Made by a program: the position numbers and the translations under genes. A stretch of DNA of 63,732 nucleotides, the filler included, from Octopus bimaculoides (Eukaryota), in the NCBI RefSeq assembly GCF_001194135.2. It is 9 parts of 9 records of this genome, joined end to end, with 100 filler letters (N's around TTAATTAATTAA, not from the genome) between each part and the next. Parts side by side here need not be neighbours in the genome. Positions count along the whole stretch, not along the records: positions 13,486 to 20,637 come from NC_069000.1; positions 20,738 to 25,326 come from NC_068986.1; 7 more parts are not named here. One strand, 5' to 3'. The first letter of the stretch is position 1. Each line of letters starts with the position of its first letter. Below, piece after piece: positions 14,013 through 25,150 of the stretch. The notes under the pieces are model-generated. The model saw nothing but the letters and a program-made list of their open reading frames with translations. It was not told the DNA's origin and made no database searches.

Positions 14013-14416
14013 GAGCGGTGGTTTTCAATGGGGGCCATAAGGCCCGTGAGGGTTCACATAAGATTTGGGGAGGGGGGTTCCAGACAACAAAATTGAGGAT
14101 CCATAATAATATTTTAAGGGCCCCTGAAAACATTTTGCTTTAGATGTATGTATTGGTATGTATTGCACGAAACAGCTGGGTTTCTTTCTCTAGTTTAGTT
14201 AGTTCGACTGTCCCTCGAGGACGCTTCTGTCTTTAGCATTTTACATAGTTCAATCTACACAAGATAATGTGTGAAAAGGAAAATAGAAATTTTGAAAGAA
14301 ATTTCTATAAAACTAGTTTTTGAACATCGAATGGCTATTGGGGTGATGGTCCACAAGAGTAAAATAGCGATCAAAGGGGTCCAAAGATAAAACTAAGTGG
14401 TTGAGGACCCCCGCTG
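14013..14416. mobile_element. hAT-like MITE
   Basis: Ends agcggtggttttcaa / ttgaggacccccgct form an imperfect inverted repeat (12/15); no clear TSD. Confidence 0.5.
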
Positions 14417-14497
14417 TAGAAGAAGATATACTTGGAAAATAAAAGACAGAGGCTGAAAAATAGGGCCAAATGGAGAAGTAAAGAATTGAAACCTTAC

Positions 14498-14565
14498 CGT
14501 GGCTGATCATAATGTTTTGGTTCATGTAATGTGGCTCTTCTGGAGTTTTAGGTAAATGACAAAAC
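14498..14565 (-). CDS. ITPR: ITPR-like exon (phase 2 to 1): FCHLPKTPEEPHYMNQNIMISH(G)
   Basis: Acceptor atttcttttccag, donor gtaagg; 68 nt. Confidence 0.85.
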
Positions 14566-15431
14566 CTGGAAAAGAAATATATACATAGATACGTAATACA
14601 TAAATTACTAATTATATGTGTGTGTGTTTGCGTGTGTGTTTGCGTGTGTGTGTGTGTGTTAGATGCCCATGTATACTTACATATATAGGAATATACGAGG
14701 GGTGCTGAAAAGTTCCTGGCTTTAAGGGTATCATGAAAGGCTTAGTTGCAGGCCCGACCTACCGAGTTCTTTTACAGGTCTTAGAAAACTGTAGGACCGC
14801 TACAATACGTGTGTGAATCTGAGAGGGGGATATGTTGAATAAAATCATAATTAACTAATGCCATATGCCTGTGGGCATATGTAAAGATTCTACCTAACGA
14901 TTCTGTCCATTCTAACAGTTCTGAGCCATGCGTCCTCACAGGTATGTGTAAAATGATTATTAATAGTAAAGTTGTGAAGGATGCAATTTTTAAGATGTAC
15001 GAAAGAAAGAGAATTACAGATACAACATCGATTGTCCAGAACTCTTGGTTCCAAAGATTTTCTGGATTAAAGATTTTTCTCCAACTAGGGGTGGTAACCT
15101 TGCTCAACACTTTAGATTAAATAATTATTAGATTTATTTAAAAAATTAAATGAAACAGAGGCATACGTACATTAATTTAACTTAGTGCGGATTGCAAGAG
15201 ATTCCGGACTATCAGCATCAAGAAAGTCGGAATTGTAACTGTAAATATCAAACAAAGAATTGTAATAAAATAAATAGACTAACTCTGCCAGTTCATCAAG
15301 GATCTTGCTCATTAACTTCACTTGCTGGTCATTCAATTTCGCTCTGGATAACCGTCTCAGGATGGGTAAGGCACGTTGTACTTCTCTGTGCACGCGGGCA
15401 GAGTCTTGGGTCAATACCTGTATTTTTTAAA

Positions 15432-15463
<32 letters not shown>

Positions 15464-18400
15464 ATAAACGAAATTTTAGTCTTTACCAAAACCAGGGATA
15501 TCATCTCGAGTTCCTAGTGCATGTTCTCCGTACTTATGTGAATGATGAGAGGTAAACATCTTGATTTTCTCAACTTTAGCCTGGATAGGGCGCGCATTAT
15601 AAAGTAAGCTACACTCATTTTCTTCTTATCTCTTCCTCCGTTGAAGAAACTGGACGCATGATTACAAACCAATGAATGTCTCGTCACCGTTGATCCTACA
15701 GGGCTGCCGACATCCCTACTTAAACTAAAGTGAACTTCTGGCCGTCCAGCATGAAGCTCAAGTACATCTTTTACATAGACACGTGCTGTGTCTGTTACAG
15801 TACTTGAGCTGTTCTCCTTTAGATTCATTGTTGATATTGATCTACCTGGTCAACCTTGACTCATGCTGCCATGTAAGTATATATAAAACAGAGTGAAGGG
15901 GTATTTGACTCATGATCGTAAGGCAGTGAGTTCGATTCCTGGCGGCGTGTTTCGTCCTTGAGTAAGACATTTTATTTCACGTTACCCCAGTTCGCTCAGC
16001 CGGCAAAATTGATCATGAGGTGTGTTGAGCCAGGGTGGACTTGGCTATAAATTAACAAGATCAACAACAACGAAACAAAATGTTAATTTGACAAAATAAC
16101 AAAATGTCAGAAATAAAATAAAATGTTTGTGGAGGAGTGAAGGTAGGCATCTGGGCCGGAAGCGAGGGAGGAAGGATGACAACAGAACCGGAAGTAAGTT
16201 GGTAGTGAGGTCTGATTGGGCGTTTTTTTTGTGTCAGGCATCCGAGGTGAACGCGATGGGTGGAGCGTATTAAGATGGACAGTAGGTTCAGACCAGAGGT
16301 TTGGGTAACGTAAGCGTTTAGGGCCGTGCAAGAAATTCTTCTGATTCAAGTGAATTGTAGCTTTCCTCTCTGAAATTCATTTCAAGTTAAGAGCATTTTT
16401 ACTTTTGCCGTCCCTTTCACAACCTCGACAACAACTCCTCCCCGCTATCTTACAGTTAAACCTTAGAAAAGTGAAATATTAACAAAATCTGTAAGTTACC
16501 AAAGCTTGTGAAGCCAGTTTGAACATGTCATCTTGTGAGGAATACATCTTGTTCATGATATCGAGTGCTTTGACAACCATTTGGTCATATTTATAGTTGG
16601 AGAGATCCTGGAAGGACAGAAATATTTATCAAGAAGTCTTTAGTAACATGCTAATGAAAATATTAATGTTCGAGGTGAAAGGTTTGACGATATGATGGTA
16701 TAACTAAATTCTGACTAATTTAATTCGTGCGGAGCAACAAACGAAAATTTGTATCATGTATATATATATATAGAATAATGGAAAATGGAGAGTACCGCGT
16801 TAACGTTGTTTGATATTTAGCTATCAAAAGGGGGTAATGTGAAACTCCGAGTACCTATTAGGTAGAATCTCAGTTTTTATTGCTACTACTAGATATATGT
16901 ATGGACACGCGACGGTTGGCCATATCACACAATCATGACTGTTCTAACCTAACGTTCATAATAAGTTTGATACTCACCAACAAAATGGCTGTTGTGTCTT
17001 CGATGTTGAAGATGGAGGAATTATGGAACATTTCTCGTAATTCTCGAGTTATTTCCTTTTGTTTCTTTAAACTTTTTCTGAAGAAAAATTATATAAAACA
17101 TAAAAAATTGAATTTCAGAAACCTCGGTTGTTTTTTTTGTTGTTTGTCACCAAAAAATTCATCAATATTGCTATGGAGACAAATACCCACGAAATGCAAT
17201 TCTTTAAAAGGAAATTGTGAGATTTCATTGATATAAAGGTAGATATGGTTATGTGCTTAAGGAGCTCTCCTTGCAATCATGTGGTTTCGAGTTCAATCCC
17301 ATTGCGTGGCACCTTGGGCAAGTGTCTTCTACTATAGCTTCGGGCCGAGTACAGTTTTGTGACCTGAGTGGATATTGTGCACGAAAACTCAAAGAAGACA
17401 ATGGTGTATATGTGCCTATGTGCATGTGTGTGTGCATTGTATGAACATGGATGGGCTTCGGTCGTTTTAACATCGAGTGATTGTTAATAAACAAATGTTA
17501 CCATCACATATATAAGTAATTTCCACTCCAAGTCGAGGAATAAAGAAAAATTCCTTGCTTGACAACAGGAGAGGATTGGCAACAAGAAGGACTAATTCCT
17601 TGCAAACACAGAAAACTGTGAACACAGTCCTTCTGTATTATAAACAATTTGTCTCTGTTTATATCTTGCACAAGGAATAGGACTCATTAACAAAGGGGAG
17701 AAGTCTACTGACGAACCGTTTCGTGGTTTGTTCACCACTCCTCAGAGCAGACATATCCATCTTCCTTCCACAATAGCATAGATATCTGTTACAAATATAA
17801 TGTAAAAAATTAGGCTAGCACAGAGTTATATCCCTTTGCCTAAGTAATCAAGAATTTGGTTTCTTACTTGCTTTGGTCTTGAGGTTTGTAAGTTTCGTAG
17901 AGTAATGGTTCCAAGTTGTTCTGATTTTTTCTTTTACCTGCTTGTACCTCGATATTTTTGAATTTGGTCACAAAAGCCTGAAATAGTAAGAACAAAGACA
18001 GGATAAGAAGATATAACGAAGTAAATGCGGCATTCATTCCTATTGTGTCAATAGCTAGTGCGTGGACAAGTAAAAACTTAATGTGTACTAGTTGTTTCAG
18101 AGAAATATTATATAGTTGTTTTTGCTTCAAATACTTCGTCTTTGTATCTAGGGAGAAATAAATAAATGTACGTCGATACTGTCAACTGTCGAGGAAATAC
18201 CAAGTGTACGGTACTTACTTTGAGACGTATGTTTCGTTGGTATGTAAAAAGTAACTCAAGGACTTCCATTGCTCTGAGGAGAACAAAAATATTTTAAACA
18301 CAATACGAATTAATACTTCTCTCCAATATGTAAAGTTATTTTAAAACCTCACTCACTTACTCTCTCCAATAAATAAATATATTGATAAATAGATAAATAA

Positions 18401-19623
18401 ATTTAGCACAATAATAAATAGATAAATCTATTTAGCACAATAATATACAAGACTAAATACACATATAGCAAATATATATAACCTTTTCTACTCTAGGCAC
18501 AAGGCCCGAAATTTTGAGGGAGGGGCCCAGTCGATTAGATCGACCCCAGTACGCAACTGGTACTTAATTTATTAACCCCGAAAGGATGAAAGGCAAAGTC
18601 GACCTTGGCGGAACTTGAACTCAGAACGTAAAGACGGACGAAATACCACTAAGCATTTCACCCGGCGTGCTAAGGTTTCTTATTTCTTTACTGCCCACAA
18701 GGGGACAAACCAGGACAGACAAACGGATTAAGTNNNNNNNNNNGTACTTAATTTATTAACCCCGAAAGGATGAAAGGCAAAGTCGACGTCGGAGGAATTT
18801 GAACTCAGAACGTAAAGACAAACGAAATACCGCTAAGCATTTCGCCCGGCGTGCTAACGATTCTGCCAACTCGCCGCCTTAGCAACTATATATATCTCAA
18901 TACGCGATAGTGTGTTTCTGGCTGCATTGCACTTGAGAGAGGCAAAAAAAAAAAAAAAAAAAAACCACTTTCATCCAGAACCTGTCTCTAACTAACGGTG
19001 AACTTAGAAAGAATTTCAACGTTATAATAAATAATAAACAAAATGAAACTCCTTTAGCAACCAAATTTTGGTCATAAAGATTTTTACAGAGAAAACACGA
19101 ACTTTTACAAACAAGTAGTAAAAATATTTTGAGATCAACCTAAAAAAAAGTAACAATTCCATTTATATCAGAAAATATGACGAAATACATTTCTCGTGAT
19201 AAATTTTTAGAAAACTTCATGAAGATCAGTAAGAAAATATGCATTTAGGTTTAAGATATCCGTAAAATCTAGGAGCTTAGGTAGACTTATACAGAATACA
19301 TATACTAAGCATTAAAAGCATTTCACCCTCTCTCTCTCTCTCTCTCTCATTAGAAGTGCAACAACATCAACAGGGTATGTGTCTATTTATAACGCCATGC
19401 AACTCAAGAGATAGGTGTAAACCATTTTAACAGAACATCGTTCAATATTAAACTTCGAAGACTATTGATATTGAAAATATATTTAGAAATTTATAAAAGT
19501 AAGAATATTTTCTTGTTACGAACTGGTATTTGGCATCCACAATGGCTTCTGTTTCCGAAGATTTCTCGTATCTTCCTTCAAGCCGATAGTGGTTTACAAG
19601 CTTTTGGGATTCTTTCGAATAAC
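14498..19623 (-). CDS. ITPR: Inositol 1,4,5-trisphosphate receptor-like channel, partial (7 internal exons, armadillo/RIH region)
   Basis: Exons 19524-19623, 18219-18273, 17868-17977, 16978-17077, 16500-16607, 15284-15417 and 14498-14565 all have GT-AG sites and join in phase (675 nt, no stops). Peptide ...EAIVDAKYQAMEVLELLFTYQRNIRLKAFVTKFK...TTAILLDLSNYKYDQMVVKALDIMNKMYSSQDDMFKLASQALVLTQDSARVHREVQRALPILRRL...KILDELAEFC...NQNIMISHG aligns by eye with the ITPR segment [24 protein letters not shown]...[41 protein letters not shown]...KEILIRLSKLC...QQRLLRNMG. Both gene ends are missing. Family call is from recall, not a search. Confidence 0.8.
14694..14850. mobile_element. Mariner-derived non-autonomous element; related copies at ~33320-33470 and ~36310-36530
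   Basis: Starts tacgaggggtgctgaaaagttcctggcttt; the block gttgaataaaatcataatt/ctctcagattcacacac is shared among copies. Confidence 0.7.
15284..15417 (-). CDS. ITPR: ITPR-like exon (phase 0 to 2): VLTQDSARVHREVQRALPILRRLSRAKLNDQQVKLMSKILDELA(E)
   Basis: Acceptor aaaatacag, donor gttagt; 134 nt; phase matches the exon at 14565. Confidence 0.8.
16500..16607 (-). CDS. ITPR: ITPR-like exon (phase 0 to 0): DLSNYKYDQMVVKALDIMNKMYSSQDDMFKLASQAL
   Basis: Acceptor tttctgtccttccag, donor gtaact; 108 nt; closest match to the ITPR [15 protein letters not shown] segment. Confidence 0.85.
16978..17077 (-). CDS. ITPR: ITPR-like exon (phase 2 to 0): KSLKKQKEITRELREMFHNSSIFNIEDTTAILL
   Basis: Acceptor tttttcttcag, donor gtgagt; 100 nt. 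Confidence 0.85.
17868..17977 (-). CDS. ITPR: ITPR-like exon (phase 0 to 2): AFVTKFKNIEVQAGKRKNQNNLEPLLYETYKPQDQS(K)
   Basis: Acceptor ttcttactatttcag, donor gtaaga; 110 nt. Confidence 0.85.
18219..18273 (-). CDS. ITPR: ITPR-like exon (phase 2 to 0): AMEVLELLFTYQRNIRLK
   Basis: Acceptor tttttgttctcctcag, donor gtaagt; 55 nt. Confidence 0.85.
19524..19623 (-). CDS. ITPR: ITPR-like exon (phase 1 to 2): (G)YSKESQKLVNHYRLEGRYEKSSETEAIVDAKY(Q)
   Basis: Acceptor ttttcctgtag, donor gttcgt; 100 nt; phase matches the next exon. Confidence 0.75.
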
Positions 19624-19903
19624 CTACAGGAAAATAAACGAACAGACAAATAATAATAATAACAACAATAACAGCAACAACAATAATAATACTTTCTACT
19701 ATAAGCACAAGGCCTGAAATGTTCGGGTGGGGACTAATCGATTACATTTATCCCAGTGTTTCACTGTTACTCATTTCATCGACCCCAAAAAGACAAAAAG
19801 GCAAAGTCGACCTTGGCGAAATTTGAACTCAGAACGTAAAGACGAACGAAATGCTGTAAGCGTTTTGCCCGGCGTGCTAACGATTCTGTCCGCTCACCGC
19901 CAA

Positions 19904-19967
<64 letters not shown>

Positions 19968-20637
19968 TGATTGAATTTTTGCCGAGAAGTGTTTAAAGCT
20001 TCCACCAGAAGATTGATGAACCGAGAAAGACAATTCGAATGATTCGATTAGAAAAGTGGTGAGCTGAAGAAATCCAGAGAAGAAAATAAAATAAACAGGA
20101 AGCGTGCAAGAAAAACAACAGTATTAGAATGTGGCAATGAAGGTGTAAGAAACGACGAAAATGTAAATTAAGACAATTACTGTGTTCCTGAGAATGATGA
20201 TGAAGTAAATAGAGAAGGTGATGTAAGTCGACGAGAGGCAATAAATGTTAAACAAGGTTTTGAATGAGGAAGAGAAGGAGACTCTGGAAATGTTGCTTGT
20301 AAAATGTATGGTGTAAGCAATAAACTACTACCAAATCTAAGGTAAATGGACAAAGAAAAAGTAAGGATAGCCACAGACGAAGTGAATAACATTTGAGCTT
20401 GCTTGAAAGAGAGAACAGATGTGAGAAACACGAGCCAGTCAGAGCGACTGCTAAGTGTTGTAGTTGACATAACAGGATACAAGTGGAATAGTGTTGAAGG
20501 CAAGGTGAAGAAAAAGAAAGAACCAAATTGGAGAAAAAGAATACGAAGTTGGAAAAGAAGAAGAGAACTGGGACAATTAAATAGGATAATAAGAGAACTC
20601 ACGAATAAAGCAGTACTCAGAAAATTGAATGGGCATA
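19968..20637 (+). mobile_element. N-terminal-region relic of an RLE-type non-LTR retrotransposon
   Basis: Degenerate frames QKIDE.RKTIRMIRLEK, LPNLR.MDKEKVRIATDEVN, KKKEPNWRKRI...RRELGQLNRII recall the pre-RT region of this family; starts right after (AAT)n. Confidence 0.6.
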
Positions 20638-20737
20638 NNNNNNNNNNNNNNNNNNNNNNNNNNNNNNNNNNNNNNNNNNNNTTAATTAATTAANNNNNNN
20701 NNNNNNNNNNNNNNNNNNNNNNNNNNNNNNNNNNNNN

Positions 20738-20797
<60 letters not shown>

Positions 20798-20961
20798 TAC
20801 ATACATTCATACATACATACATGAAAACATACATACATGCATGCATACATATATACATACATATGTATACAATTGTGAATATGTACTACAGTCTCAACGG
20901 CATATGCGTACGCGTGTGTGTATATGCATATATCTATCTATTTATCTTTCTATCTATCTAC

Positions 20962-21049
<88 letters not shown>

Positions 21050-21053
<4 letters not shown>

Positions 21054-21880
21054 AACCTAACATCTTCGTCCAAGGTACAAGATTAGACGTGGTTGACTCA
21101 TTCATCTATCTTGGCAGCACTCTCTCCAGAGATGGATCCCTTGATTCTGTAATAAACCCGAGAATTGAAAAAGACAGCAAAGCATTTGGAATGCTTGAAA
21201 ATCGTGTGTGGCCTGATAGAGGTATTACCTTCAAAACCAAGCTTAGTATCTATGAATCTTGCATTTTAACGGTCCTCCTGTACTCTTCTGAGACCTGGAC
21301 GACATATCGGTGCCACATCAAAGCTTTAGAAAGCTTCCATCAGATACTAGACATCAAGGAGGATACTAGACATGAAATAGAAGTGAAAATCTTTAACATC
21401 AGACACTGTTGTTCTTCAGCAAGCTAACGCATCCAGTACTGAAATGATCCTCAAACGCAATCAGATGCGTGGGGTCGGGATGGCAAGATGCTAGGATGCA
21501 GGATGGCAGGTTGCGAAAGCGTGGCAAACGTCCGAGACATAAACCTAAGAAACGTTTTAGAGATGCTGTCAAAAGCAACCTTAAGGTTCTTAATGTGAAG
21601 ACTTAAGCTGAAGACTGGGAGCAGATGACGCAAGATTGATCGGTTTGGAAAGAAATGATCTACAAATAGACGTAAAGCATTTGAAGCTCGAAGAATTGAA
21701 CAACCCATCTTGAAACGAGCACTTCGTAGACAGGACTTAACTACAATCCCAGATTCTTTTCTGCTTAGAAATATTTGTAAGATCTGCAGTAGAGTTTGTT
21801 TGTCAAGAGCAGGACTTGTTAGTCATGTAAGATCTCATGACGGTATGCATTAACTGAAGAGAAGGCCTCCTTCTGTAAAG
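21050..21880 (+). mobile_element. RTE-clade LINE, 5'-truncated 3' portion, degenerate
   Basis: Translates as VDSFIYLGSTLSRDGSLD...INPRIEK...KTKLSIYESCILTVLLYSSETWT, then KKRFRDAVKSNLK and a terminal C2H2 finger CKICSRVCLSRAGLVSHVRSH*; frameshifts; 3' hairpin agaagg-cct-ccttct at 21860-21874. Confidence 0.9.
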
Positions 21881-22147
21881 ACGTAGCAATCATATATATA
21901 TATATATCTTTATCTTACTAAAATTGACTTGAAACCATGGTATATTTTTCATTTCCTTTCGAAATTATCCCTAACTTTTGTGGTACGTAGTATTTTTGCT
22001 GCTATTTCTAGCGAGTAGATGTCCTATTATAGGCGTCTCTGCATTTCTAATGAATAATACATAGTCTATTGACTGTTTTTACTCTCGCTAGGCCACTGGT
22101 GGTAAATAAAATTTCTAAAATTTTCTTTGCCACCCTATAATTTATTA

Positions 22148-22178
<31 letters not shown>

Positions 22179-22201
22179 CATATATATGTATATATATATA
22201 A

Positions 22202-22233
<32 letters not shown>

Positions 22234-22643
22234 ACACACACACACACATATATATATACAAAGACAAACATATATGCAGACATACTTATATTGATGTGCC
22301 TCCGTGGAAAACTTGTAGGTCATTAAAAGGATATATTTGGAACACGCACACACACACATACATGCACACACACACATACACACATACATACACACTCACA
22401 CGCACAGATAAACACACACATATACGGACGCACACACACATACACATACACACACATACACATACACACACATGCACATACACACACATACACACATTCT
22501 CTACGCAGCTGCTGCTATCCCACGGCTATTAATATATATAGGGTTACCGACAGATTAATCCCCACCACACTGATACATGAGTGTGTGTGTGTGTGAGCGC
22601 GTGTGTGCGTGCGTATCTGTGTGAGTGCATGTGTGTATGTATG

Positions 22644-22674
<31 letters not shown>

Positions 22675-23018
22675 NNNNNNNNNNNNNNNNNNNNNNNNNN
22701 NNNNNNNNNNNNNNNNNNNNNNNNNNNNNNNNNNNNNNNNNNNNNNNNNNNNNNNNNNNNNNNNNNNNNNNNNNNNNNNNNNNNNNNNNNNNNNNNNNNN
22801 NNNNNNNNNNNNNNNNNNNNNNNNNNNNNNNNNNNNNNNNNNNNNNNNNNNNNNNNNNNNNNNNNNNNNNNNNNNNNNNNNNNNNNNNNNNNNNNNTATA
22901 TATATATATATGCATATTTGTATCCACCACAGAAATTATATATTTTTAAATCGTTTGATTGCCGGTTCAATGAATCTAATTCATTTTTTTTTTAATATTT
23001 GACAACGATATCCAGTAA

Positions 23019-23056
<38 letters not shown>

Positions 23057-23208
23057 ATACACACACACACCAGACACCAGACACGGACGCACACGCATAT
23101 TACACAGACACACACATACACATATAAAAACATACCCACTGCGTGTATGTGCGTATGTATGTGTGTAGGTATGTGTGCGTATTTGAATGTGTGTGTGTAT
23201 GTGTAAGA

Positions 23209-23242
<34 letters not shown>

Positions 23243-23887
23243 GCGAAAAACTGAGAGAAAAACAGAGTTAAGAGAAAAACAGAGTTAAGAGAAAAACAGA
23301 GTTAAGAGAAAAACAGTAGCTTATGGCATTTATATGAACAACGAAAACGAAGATAATGCCACACAAGATAAATTCTCGATTTATTGAAGTTATCTCCTCT
23401 TGAGGGAAATAATAAACAAATGCCTAGTGGCAGTAGTGACCAGCTCCTCCAAATGATAAATATACTTTTACTATAATTGCGTTCAATCAGGACTGTGGTG
23501 AAACATCTGTGGTGAAACCTCAGCGACACCAACCACATAAAATTTATTTGTACTTCATGAAGGAAGCCTGTCTGTTTTGGCTCTTTACCAGCTGTGCTAT
23601 TTATTACTCTGTCACGATATGTTAGCTATGAACTACCAGCCATATGGTCCCACGTTCTGTCCCACTGCGTGACACCTTGGGTAAGTGTCTCCTGCTGTAG
23701 CCTCGGACTTGTCACTGGATTTGGTAGACGGAAACTAAAAGAAGCAAATTAAATTTAAATGTTGAAGTGAATCTAACGGCTTTTGTGTGTTTTTAAATGG
23801 CTTATAAACACCTTCCGCACTGCAATTGTTTTTGTTTCAGTACACGATCTCAGATCAGGTCACTTTCTATGCAAGTACATCTCCGTA

Positions 23888-23928
<41 letters not shown>

Positions 23929-24908
23929 TGTGTGCGCACTCGTGTTTGTATATATATATGTATACAAATAATAAATGAGTATATGCATATATACATACAC
24001 GTATGTACATACTTGCATCTACCTGTATATATAGATGCATATCTGGGTACATGATATTGCAAACAAAACGTAGACAAAATGATAAACAAGTACAGAAAAC
24101 ACACAGGCCACATATATATATATATATATATATACCTATATATTCATATATATATGTATATAATTTTTATTATGTATGTATGTATGTATGTATGTATGTA
24201 TGTATGTATGTAGGTAGGTAGGTAAATAGGTAAGTAAATAGGTAGGTAAATAGGTAGGTAGGTAGGTAGGTAGGTAGGTAGGTAGGTGGGTAGGTAGGTG
24301 GGTAGGTAGGTGAGTAGATAGGTAGGTAAGTGAAGGCGCGTGGCCTAGTGGTAAGTGTTTTCAGCTCACGATCTTGCGATCGTGAGTTCGATACCTTGCG
24401 GCGCGTTGTGTCATTGAGCAAGATTCTTTATTTAATACGCTGCTCCAATCCACTCAACTGGCAAAAGTGAGTTGCATCTGCAATTCAAAAGGGTCCAGCC
24501 TCGTCACGTTCTGCGACATGCTGAGTCTCACTGAGAACTACGTTAAGCATATGCGGGTCTGTGGAGTGCTCAGCCATTTGGCACGTTAATCTCACGAGCA
24601 GGTTGTCCTGGTGATCGGATCAACTGGAACCCTCGTCGTCGTAACCGACGGAGTACCAGTTTAGGCAAAATCTCTTATATGCAAATTTGTCCTGTTTATA
24701 ATTATACCATATGCTATATATATATTATAGCATACCTTGATACTGTGTGGACAGAGATCTCCGTTGACAGGCCGCTGGTATTTATAGAGTATTAAACACT
24801 TTCGGTATGCAAATTAGGGACTCCTTCATAGAGTAACCACTGCATTTGTTGAGTATATATACAGTTTGGCTGATTTCTTCTCTGGAGTTTGTCAGAATGA
24901 TGTAGCCA

Positions 24909-24948
24909 CTTCTGATGAGAACCCAATAAAGTTCGAAAATCGATCAAG
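24909..24948 (+). ncRNA. Minimal type-I hammerhead-ribozyme-like motif
   Basis: ctt-CTGATGA-gaac(ccaataaa)gttc-GAAA-atcgat-C-aag. Confidence 0.5.
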
Positions 24949-25039
24949 GTTTTTCATCTTTTTCGTCAGTCTACGAAGAAATGGTTAAAATTTTCCCTGT
25001 TTATAATCATACCATATGTAACATACATATAAATACATA

Positions 25040-25150
25040 CAGTAGAACCTCGCAGTACGAGTTCCCCATTGTAGGAGTAATCTGCTGTACGAGCTGAGAC
25101 TCGTGCAAATTTTTGTCTTGAAGTACGAGCGGAAATCTTCAGTACGAGCA
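25040..25150 (+). mobile_element. pogo/Tigger-like transposon end
   Basis: TA followed by CAGTAGAACCTCG, then four subterminal gtacgag/tcgtgc motifs. Confidence 0.45.

Noticed and set aside
14781-15110. Hydrophobic ORF (WRKIFNPENLWNQEFWTIDVVSVILFL...) suggesting a TRP-like membrane segment
   Set aside because: Lies between ITPR-like exons that already join in phase, runs into SINE/mariner sequence, and the antisense frame is equally open.
17706-17735. CTGACGA hammerhead core; also CTGAAGA at 21854
   Set aside because: No GAAA after stem II and no stems I or III.
17690-17787. Apparent extra ITPR-like exon after the acceptor ttgtaacag at 17786
   Set aside because: The peptide does not fit the family; exon 16978-17077 supplies the correct phase and sequence.
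23255-23320. Short direct repeats (17-bp x3; also 40872-40935 19-bp x3) as CRISPR-like arrays
   Set aside because: Contiguous tandem units with no spacers, eukaryotic context, no cas genes.
24736-24775. 39-nt minus-strand exon candidate ending in phase 1 (caag|gtatgc) as the next upstream ITPR-like exon
   Set aside because: Poor acceptor, no family similarity, across a spacer, and inside the 305-bp repeat unit.
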